NCBI GenBank assembly: GCA_020536535.1
Contig: JAHLWZ010000989.1
Location: 1-32,743 of the forward strand
Reading direction: 5' to 3'
DNA: 32,743 nt
Source of the DNA: Pelomyxa schiedti
Taxonomy: Eukaryota; Protista; Evosea
Position numbers and translations under genes: made by a program. Below are positions 21,439 through 32,743 of this stretch, piece by piece; position 1 is the stretch's first letter, and each line of letters opens with the position of its first letter. The notes beneath the pieces are model-generated. The model had not been told where the DNA came from and searched no databases. It saw only the letters and a list, made by a program, of their open reading frames with translations.

Positions 21439-24400
21439 ATGGCGTGTGAGCGCTCTTCCACTTCAGACGAAATTATATCTGCCTATCTCGATTTGATGTG
21501 CGGGGGCACGCTGCCGCCAACGGTATGATATTAATTAGCAAGAACACTGGCCCTCATTCCACACCCTTAGCTCAAGCACCCAGACACCTTGCAAGAAAAG
21601 ATACCACCGGTTGTAGTAGCTCGTCAGCAGACACCCGTGGGTGTTTTGCCTTCATATTCGCCTATGTATCCATATCCGGTGGTACAGCCCAAGACTGGCA
21701 TTACAGGAGGCTTGCCTATTGTGCCACCTACGGGCGGCGTCGGCCTCCCCATCATGGTCCCGCAACCATACGACTATTCCCAACTTCCACTCCCATACCC
21801 AGCCAAGCCCAGGGTTCTTTTCGGCCCCTACACCCCAGCACCCCCTGTGGTGACTGGGACCTCCCCTCCGAAAAGTAACCCCCTCCAAAATCAAAGGCGG
21901 GAGGTGCAACTCCCGGAAGTTATGCCAATACCACAAGGCCACCCGATACCGCAGGCACTAGCAAATCCACAGACACAATTACCGCAACTGAAAACACCAC
22001 AGCTGCAACAGCAGTTGCAGCGCGACCCAACTCCAAATACTCCCACACTTCATGAGCCACTGTTAGAACCAGAACCACAACTTAGGAATATCAAATTTGC
22101 ACCAGTAGAAGATCAAGCCGCCTTCCATGTCGCAGACAACTCTCACCTTCAACAAACGGAGCACACAGACGTTCCATTTTTCTGGAAGCAGAAAGTTGAT
22201 CAACTGACTGAACAGATTAGGATAGGTAGTAATTCCATTGTCGCACACAAGATTCATTTCTTTCAATAGTGGAGATAGAAAACTCGTTATTGAAGGGAAG
22301 GCTGCTGCAATCACAGATTTGCACAATCCATAAGGGAGAAATGGGCTTCGTTGAACTAAGTGGCATTGCAACATCCACAGCCACTCCTATTGGCAAAGGG
22401 TGCAATGGAAGTGTTTACAGAGCACAAGTAGTGCTAGAGAGAGGTGAAACATCAGAAGTAAAAGAAGTCGCAATAAAAATGATGTATAACCTCTACGCTG
22501 GAGCAACAACAAAAAGAATAAAGGACTGGTTTGACAGTGAGCACAGAGTTGGGTTGATGCATCCACACTGGTGCCTGGCAACTATCTTCAATGCTTTTAG
22601 GGGCAATACACAGCTGTGCCTTATCCCTGCTGAATTCCGCTCAAAGTATGTGCTCATCGACGAAAACTATCATCGAGTGGAAGGAAGCACCAGCGGCGAT
22701 GCAATTCAGATGTTCAATCGCACATCGTACCTCACAATGGAGCTCGGCAAGTGCACCCTTGAGGCAGTCATTGCAGATAAATTCTTCAGAGAGGGAAGAA
22801 AGCCACTTCCAGCCGATCTTGGCGGATCCAATCCGCTTCAGGTTGATAGAACGAACACTCAAGGAACGCGTGGCCTTGCACAACTTGCATTTTGCTGCCT
22901 GTGTGCATGTGACAATCTGAACTCACACGCGTGGTATCACTGCGACATCAAGCTTGACAACATCATCCTGGTTCAGAGGCCAACAACAACAGAAATGTTC
23001 CATGCCATCAGTGGCAACATTTGGGCTTTCTGTGACCTTGGGACATCCCTCCACTGTCCAACTGGTGAATTAATCTGCAACAGAGGGGACAGCATTGACG
23101 GTAATGCGGCAAACAGATCCCCCGAGATAGTCAACCCAGAAGAACTGCTTCCCAGAGGAAACCTCAAGTTCCGTCTTGCAAAGAATGACGTGTGGGCTGT
23201 TGGATGTGTACTCTTTGAGGCCATCTGTGGGAAACACCCCTGCTACAAACTCAATCAACTTGACCGAGCCATACTCATCTCATCCACAGCACCGTTTCTC
23301 ATCCCGGACGAATTCCTCGACCACACACCAGTCACATCACTTGTTCCCTACCTCCTGGAGCGGGACTCAGACATAAGGCCCACAGCCAAGCAAGCCATGC
23401 TCATATGTGGGGCTCTCATGTTCCTGCCTCCACCTCACAACACCAACTTATGCTCCCGTAATGCAAACCACATCACAGAATCCATCCGGTTTTTCACCGA
23501 CAACACACCTCAGGTCGAATCCATCCTCCTCCAAGTGCACAGCCACAACCTCGAGGCACTCAAAGGTCCAAAGCCCTATTCAACTTCACCCTCTTCTTTC
23601 TCGCAACAGTCTAAAACACCGCCTCTCCAGCCTACAGTGCCACAACAACCACCGCAGCTCATTCCGCCTCATCCCGGACAACCACCTTACCGGCCACAGT
23701 CACCATCTCCGCGGCCACAGTCTCCGCCTTCGCGCCCACTGTCTCCGCCTCCTCGCCCCCTGTCCCCACCTCCGCGAACCCAAGCGCAACTACAGACACC
23801 CGCCTCATCTTTACAGCCTGCAGAACAAAGGTATGGTCAGTTCCGCTTGTGGATTATTTGTTTATCTGCCTGTGCCTAATCTTTTTCCTCTTTTTTACAG
23901 AAAAGCCCGTGGGTTTAATGTTGAAAAAAAAACACCAGCTGGGATATGGGAACCCAGAGTTCTTGTCTTCACAAGAGCAAATCTTCTGGTTGAAGTTGAC
24001 CCACGACAGAACAACGCCATTGTTGAAAAAACGGAACTGTCTGGTCTGACTGGATTCATACCACCTTGTTTGTATCCCTGATGAATTAAAATCCTACCAT
24101 CTAAAACAGTCTGTCACAGCCACACCAACGGAAGCTATCACGACTGTTTATCTTGAATTTGGGCCAGCCCAAAAAGTTTATCACATCGCAGGTTCACAGT
24201 TAGCCGCCTTTCAGGACCAAGTGGCGCCCTACCTCCCACCAGCAAAGGTAATCCTTTCTTTCTTTCACTGAAGCTGTGTAAAACACAGTACCACAGGTGG
24301 AACCACCAGCTGCAGTGGTCGCATTATCATCATCGTCACCAAGTAATACTAGTACACCCACAACAACATTACCACCAACTGGTAACAGTGCATTCACCAC

Positions 24401-24587
24401 CACAGCAGTCCCAACATCGATCACAGCCCCGGAGCCAATCCCGTCTGCACAATCACAACCAACTCCAACACTTGAACAGGTGTGCTCCCTCGTGTTCACA
24501 AACGAAGCTCTCTCCAATGTTGTTGAATTCTGCTCCGTCATGCTTCAATTCTGCAACCGCCGAGCAGTGTACTACCACAGCACTTAA
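21439..24587 (+). CDS. Ser/Thr protein kinase with a PINK1-like kinase domain, Pro-rich flanks and a possible PH-like C-terminal domain; multi-exon
   Basis: PIGKGCNGSVY, VAIKMMYN, HCDIKLDNII, CDLG, GNAANRSPE, KNDVWAVGC, RPTAKQA. The start (ATG 21439, intron 21523-21570) and the 3' exons are inferred. Confidence 0.85.
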
Positions 24588-25327
24588 AAAAAATCCAAAC
24601 AAAAATCTATCGAATTCGCAACCGTGGAAAAAAGCGTAGACATAACCAAATAATACAACGAGGGGAATCCTAAGAAACCCTCGTTGTGTTACTGCTGGTG
24701 TGTTGTACACAAATGAAAGTTTATTAAATAGCATTGTATGGAATTACTAAGTGGAAACCACTGACAGAGATGTGGCAAACAACAGGACATACAGTGATGT
24801 TGAGAGTGCCAGGAGTGAAAGTGTCAGCAGTAGAGCTCCTCATTGTCAAGACAGAAGAAGAAACTGGTATTACAAGTCAAGCTGGTATCCGACTTGGGTT
24901 TGATTTTCCCTTTCGTAGCTGGGAGAGAACTTTCATTACTTGTGAGTATCAATAAGATGCCTGCAGTTCTTGCCACTATGTACTCAAGGTTCCTCTCTTT
25001 TTTTTTAAAGAAATTACAATACAAGAGGTAGTACTACGTTGGTAAGCTTTCAGTTTTAAACTCCTTGCAGGTAAGCCCTTATTTTCTCTGCATTTGTAAT
25101 CTCAAGTTGGGCCAAACTGAAGAACTTCAACAAGCATTAGATCAATGTGAGATTCTGGCAAACAGTACACATCACTCTGTGATTGGTTTGTGCAAGGATC
25201 GTGCTGGTGCCATACAGTATGTTGTTCACAGAGACAACACACTCGGATATAATTGCTACTGGCTTTGGAGAGCAGAAACTAACTTCCAAGACACACACCT
25301 TCCCTGCACCACAAGCTTCGGACCACA

Positions 25328-25730
25328 ATGATAGAGAAACCAACACCGGCTCACTGGGTCAACCTGGTCAAGAATCTCAACACCAAGGGAATCCCTCCAA
25401 CCCTGCGGAACCATGCTCTCCAAATTGCAACCGGCATGAAGCCCCCGAACAACCGCATGTCCCACGTCCTCCACATTGCCTCAACATGCCCGGCACGGCT
25501 GCAATTCCCCGGAATCGGTCAAGCACATCCTCAACACATGCCGCCACAATTCCGCAATCCACAAGGAACTCCAGTTAAACTCCCTGAAGACTCTGAATGT
25601 CACTCCTAACACCCCAAACTCCGCTAAATCCGGCGCTAGGAATCTGGGAAGTCATCACTTTCACACTACCACGTGTCAACCCCTGCTCGAGTTAAGGAGG
25701 AACCTTGGTCTTCCAACCATCGAAGATTGA
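25328..25730 (+). mobile_element. Decayed non-LTR retrotransposon ORF2 C-terminal fragment (zf-RVT-like zinc knuckle)
   Basis: HWVNLVKNLNTKGIPPTLRNHALQIATG...STCP, then after a frameshift HGCNSPESVKHILNTC, and later ALGIWEV. This matches the IPP...CxxC..ESxxHLxxxC..IW layout. No introns, and no RT domain is visible. Confidence 0.55.
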
Positions 25731-25935
25731 ATCGGAAGCTGTGATCCCTCCCAATCTCATACACTGCCCCCATAAATACCGGGGAAAAGACCCGGACCGT
25801 CACAAAACCGCCTCTGGTCAGCAACACACATAATTCAGCAGCCTCACTATAACCAAACAACATCAGTCTCATAATAATCTGGCAGTTCGATTTTTCTTCC
25901 TCTTTCTTCTTTTCTTCGTTCGTTAGTTTGACCAA

Positions 25936-28027
25936 ATGGGGCAAACACGGAGCCGCGGTTCTATGGCCGAAATTCCGGCGTGCCCGGTCGATACCGAGTG
26001 GGGCGTCGTGTGCAACACCCATCCGCTGCTTCTGGCCGTGTGGCAGCGCAACGTGCAGGGCGTGGCCGCCGCCGTGGCCGCCATGTCGCCCGACGACCCA
26101 CAATTGCGGTCCGCCGTGTCCACCAACCACCGGGGCTTCACGGCCCTCCACGTCGCGGCCATCCACGGGCGCGAGGAGATCGTCAACGCCCTGCTAACCG
26201 CCGTTTCCGCGAAGCTCAACTGCGATCCATCGCAAAGTGTCCCTTCAAGCGACGCGGGAAGTGTTGATGTCTCCGAGGAGTCACAACAGAACCCCAATGG
26301 ATGTGGGTCCACGAAAATACTGAGGGAGTTTGTTAACAGGCCCTGTGGCGAGAATCACACCGCTCTGATGTACGCCACATATATGCACTATCCCGCTGTT
26401 GTGGAGTGCCTCGTGAAGCTCTGGGGTGCTGATCCATTATGGGACCGGACTTGCCTGCAGACGACTGAACCAACCAAGGTACCACCAAGTGAGTTACCTC
26501 GAGTGTCTATGCCGCACAGTAATTCCCGCTATTCTGCACTCCATGTAGCGGCTTATCGCGGTTCTGTGGCCGCCATTGATGCTATTCTCACTCACTCCTC
26601 ACCGCAGCGGCGTATACTTGCTGTCACAGCAACGGACGGAATGGGATTCACCCCTCTTTTGATTGCTTGTGTAGAAAAGAAGCTGGATTGTGTAAAAAAC
26701 CTTCTGGACCAGAAATGGGGTGAGGAGGTAGTGAACAGAGCATGTGGGGAAGTTCGACTCGCTGCCATTTCTAGTGGACCTATTGCACCTCTTTATTATT
26801 GTGCGAGATATATCATTGATGACAATGAAGTTCTCCACCTTCTCTGCGAGCTTGGGGCAATAAATGGGTTGATTGATTCGATCGTTTGGAACATATCTAA
26901 TGCTCGATTTGATATCCTTATTAAGCATCGTCATCTGGCAAAAGTTATCAATGAACTATCATCAGATAACACAACTGTACTTTATGCAGCAACTACACAT
27001 AATCTTAGTGATCAGGCCCTCAAATTAATGACCCTTGGCGCGGACCCAAATATCTCAGGCACTCGGCAAGATTCCCGTGGCACAGATTCTTGCTTTCATA
27101 CACCACTTACTGCAGCATTTATGAGCAAGCAATTAAAGCTCGCAGTGGTAATGATGCAAAACGGCGCAAAGTTTCCAGAGAATTTCAGCTATTTATGTGC
27201 AAAAGATGATCCAACTTTTCTAACAACTAATGGTTCAACCTCTTTGTTCATCAAATTATCATCTGACTTTCCACAGAAGTAATCCAAGCACATTTGGAAG
27301 CCCTTGACAAGTACTTCAACTTACTCCCTACTGTGCAATCTGTTTCCATGTTCTATCGCCAATCTATACAATGCAGAGACCTTTCTGACACTTTATTAGA
27401 GTAAATTCCGGAATCCTTATTTAACATATTAATATAATATTAATATACCAGTGGGGATACAATCCTTCCCAAGCTGTGGAACAGTACAGTAGGAGTTATG
27501 GGAGTTCTATATTATTTAGATGTGCGGACGATAGGCCGGCTACAGCAAGTGTCTAGAATTTGGTAATATCTTCACTTCTTTCTCTTGTTCACACTGGCCA
27601 GGTATAACATTGGTTGTGCAAGCCGACTGTGGAAAGTACTCTTTTTCTTTATTTTTTTTCCCCCACTAATCAAAATCTGGGAAACAGCAAGTACTGATGA
27701 ATACCAGTGCAAAATGGATGAACAAGAGGCAAACTCAACTTCGAAGAATGATTGCTGCTCTAAGTGACACAGAATCAGTGCACAGTGTAAATGTAAAAAA
27801 AAACCACTAAAAAAAATTGACGGTGATCTAAAATACTCTAGTGGAAAAATTTTGCATTCCTGTGGATATCTAGACACCAATGTATTGTGTGTCACAAGGT
27901 CTACCATCCCTATGACAGTTCGAGCTGTAATACATCAGAAAACCACCTGATAAGTCGTGCTGAACCTGAGCTGGATGACATCATTCCAGAGGAGTGGAAA
28001 CCTACATATGACACAGTACGCCATTAA
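25936..28027 (+). CDS. Ankyrin-repeat protein with a C-terminal F-box-like motif, multi-exon
   Basis: GFTALHVAAIHGREEIVNALL, HTALMYA, YSALHVAAYRG, GFTPLLIAC, GADPN; spliced VLYYLDVRTIGRLQQVSRIW/YNIGCASRLWK. The 3' end is approximate. Confidence 0.82.
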
Positions 28028-28095
28028 ACCTACAACCACAACTACTCTCTGTTACAAGACTGTATAAAAAAACCACAAAACAAAAAATCCCAAAA

Positions 28096-29070
28096 CTAGG
28101 GAATTATTCTCCCACAGAATTTATGTGGGGTATCGAATGGCTTAGTGGTGCTCTGCAGAGCTGGGGGTAACTGTAACAGCATCAAGTGACACCCCCTCAC
28201 CTTTACCCTCCTCTTTATGGTGAGCTTCATGTCTGAGTTCATGTTCCACTTCACATATCTCACCCATGAGGTGATAGACATAGTGGAGAGTTGTCAAAAC
28301 AAAGAAGAGTTGCAATGCTGAGAACAGTGCCTCTTCAGCTGTGGTTTCTCCTCCCTTTTTTTGTTGGAAATGGTTTACTTCTCTGGAAAAAGGTTACTGA
28401 GTAGCTCACCTCTTCACCGGCAACTTCATTTACATGCTGCACTATCTCATTTATACAGTAAAACAGTGCATGATAAATCCGTACATATTTATAGGCTCTC
28501 ACGGAATACAAGTCAAATGGAAACCATGATATTATGCATCTGGACTTTAAATTAACTGATAAATCACTACGCTCAAACGAAAAATATCGATTACGATACC
28601 TGAAAACTCCACTCAGTGAAAAAATTAACACCACATAGGCAACAGAAGCGGCTATTCTCCACCCTTTTTCACCCTCAGACTTTGTTACCAAGTATACTAT
28701 CATTTGTAAGTTACGACGGTATTATTATTACGTGGAAATTGACCCACCATATGCAACAATGGAACCAATCCCTGTTACTGTAATGCCATCCACAGACAAC
28801 CATTTTTTCCAGAAGTTCTTCCTGTTTGAGTTTAACACTTCCCTTCTCTTAGGGAAGCAAAGCAAATGGATACATGTTGAGACGAATTGAGAAGACCAGC
28901 CAATAAATAACGCGAGGGATTGTGGTGCAAGCATAAACAGCCCATGCTACATCCTTGTTGTCACCATACATGAGAAGTACAATTGTTGCAGTATACACTT
29001 CTGTCAGAATTTCAAAAGACAACCAAATCCACGATTCCACTTTGCCCATTTCACTCTTGTGGTGTCCCAT
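28096..29070 (-). CDS. Hypothetical multi-pass membrane protein (possibly frameshifted)
   Basis: Consecutive hydrophobic ORF pieces, partly joinable by GT-AG introns (IVAY/VYLVTK). There is an unexplained frame change near 28940, and the 3' end is uncertain. Confidence 0.45.
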
Positions 29071-29451
29071 GATTGCGTGCTTGCTTGCGTGTTTGTTTGG
29101 TGATTTGTTATGCGTGGTCCACTGTGGTGAAGTGTTTTTTCGCGTTTTGGGATTTTCGGCATCGATTCCTTAAAACAAGTCGATCTTTCCGAGCTGCGAT
29201 TCCTGCATTATGTCCTACACAACAACAGTCTCCTACTATGGACGTTGATAAGATGCAAAAAAGGCCTGCACACCGGAAATTCCGTAATTCTCTGTTCGTG
29301 ATATTTGCACCATGGGTAGGAAGAGTGAGGCATTAGGTCAAGAGAGTGCACGAATTTACTCTTTCGTGCTGTCCACAGCACCCAATGTTTTGTTGTTTCC
29401 ATTCACAGATCTCCTACGGAAAACACCCGTTTCACTTAACAGATCACATAC

Positions 29452-30742
29452 ATGGGCACAACACACGCCAGCACCAGCGAGCGCAGCCCCCGGAGCGACT
29501 TTAATGGCAACAGCAGCGGGGACCGTAGTAGCAGTTATGGGGGGGAGCCAGAAGACAGTGTTGTGCTTCTGTCGGTGATGGTGGGGCTGTATGCTGCACT
29601 TGGAGTGATTGTGTTGTGGAGGCTGTATGTGCACGCCACTACATCGCGTTGTTTCAACCGCGTAGTGCAGTCTCATTTGCTCCTTTTGTGCTTTTGTATT
29701 GGTATTCTTTTTTTTTTTTCCCCTTAATGTTTTATTTTCCGCCCCACCCATTCATTGGATGACCTTTTTTTTTTTTATTTTACTCAAGATATTTTGCTGC
29801 TTGGTGTGGTGTCGTTTTTGATACTGGAGGTGGACTCTCTTGCTGATAACAGTGTGATGAACGCTACAGAATATTTCTTTAGCACCACTTCTCATTCTCT
29901 TTTCTATGCCGCTTTACTGTTGGTTATTATGCACATGTACATGCCTCCTAATGGCCGAATTTAGTTCTCATAACTTACAGGGTGGATACCATGTATTCAT
30001 TTCTTGCCTTCAAAAAACCGAACATATCACAGGCGGTAACTATTGCCTTTTGGATATTAATGGCAATACCAATTTTGTACATTTTTGCCACTGCTATTTA
30101 CTTTGCTTGCATACCTGAAGAGAAAGCTCATGGTAAACAATTGCTACAATAACATTTACTCAAGCCAAATAAATACTTGAGACTGGTACAGGTAACCCAA
30201 TTTATGATGTTGCCATCATCTCTGTCTCTGTGTATGCCGCTCTTTGTGCTTTGGCATACTTGATTACAGGAATTCTTGTCTTACACAGGGTAAAATACCT
30301 TGAGAGGAGGGATGCTTTTTTCCGGGGTGATTAATTGTTGGATTACTCTAATTTTCCTAACTTTCCATAGTTAAAAGGCGACCACTTTATCTTATGGTTT
30401 GAGTGAATTCCTCTTTCACTATTAAATATTCAACCAGTTCCTGATCCTTTTCCTTTGTTTTGCCTGCTTTCTTTTGGAGGTAAGTGCCATCCCTTTCTTT
30501 GCATAAATCAAGACTTATTTCTTTTTCAGGGAGGAATGTTTCTCTACAAACCCATAACTGGGAAAGAGATGCCCGACTACCTCTTTGACATTTTTGCCTA
30601 CTGGGTACCAGAGGTCAAACAAAACAAAACAAACAAAACACCTAATTCCTTTAAGATTGGGTCTGCCCTATTGGTCATGCTCATTGTTAGGAAACCTATG
30701 GAACACAGAGACTACAAATCACTTAATGACAATGACAAATAG
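29452..30742 (+). CDS. Seven-TM-type membrane protein, GPR137/TOM1-THH1-like, multi-exon
   Basis: Spliced hydrophobic segments VMVGLYAALGVIVLWRL, SLFYAALLLVIMH, AFWILMAIPILYIFA, LAYLITGILV, FLCFACFLL and FDIFAYWVPE/IGSALLVMLI. Confidence 0.7.
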
Positions 30743-30802
30743 TAACATAAAGGGTGGGTGAGCTTTTGTTGTAAAAGGAAGAGAATTTTTGTTTTTTGTT
30801 GG

Positions 30803-32570
<1,768 letters not shown>

Positions 32571-32743
32571 CCAGTCAACGATTTTTGTGCGATTGTGGCG
32601 AGGTGACTTCGCGTCGCTGTAGTTCTAAGTACGGTTCTAATCACGGATGGATTTCTGGGAAAACTACCGCGAATCTGTTGGGACCCTGAGGGAGATTCAG
32701 GCGACACCTAGAACTGATTCTAGCGCCTTTATAAGCGGGAACA

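Noticed and set aside
24700-25320. Exon-like fragments between the kinase and the retroelement remnant
   Set aside because: I could not assemble a consistent spliced frame or assign a family; this may be a decayed gene.

Overview
Gene-dense eukaryotic DNA with many short GT-AG introns (about 40-80 nt). The lineage-specific gene families resemble those of the archamoeba Pelomyxa; this is an inference from recall, not a database result. Genes in order: a highly divergent alpha-like tubulin; a lineage-specific ankyrin-like repeat protein; CDC20; an 80-aa SAP-like protein; a secreted CE2/SGNH esterase; a disrupted paralog of the ankyrin-like gene; an intronless lineage-specific protein; PIG-M; a protein resembling only the N-terminal QLQ/pre-HSA module of Snf2/BRM; an LRR dual-specificity phosphatase; a PINK1-like kinase; a decayed non-LTR retroelement fragment; an ankyrin/F-box protein; two membrane proteins; and an NDP-glucose 4,6-dehydratase. 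The most unusual signal is the ~2.5 kb gene-free gap (4.6-7.1 kb). It holds four units, each with a shared ~30-nt leader followed by a ~190-230-nt rod-like hairpin, with pairing that favours the + strand. Two units are recent duplicates whose differences mostly preserve pairing; the other two hairpins are unrelated in sequence. This is a candidate undescribed structured-RNA or small-RNA precursor array. All pairings and alignments were done by eye.
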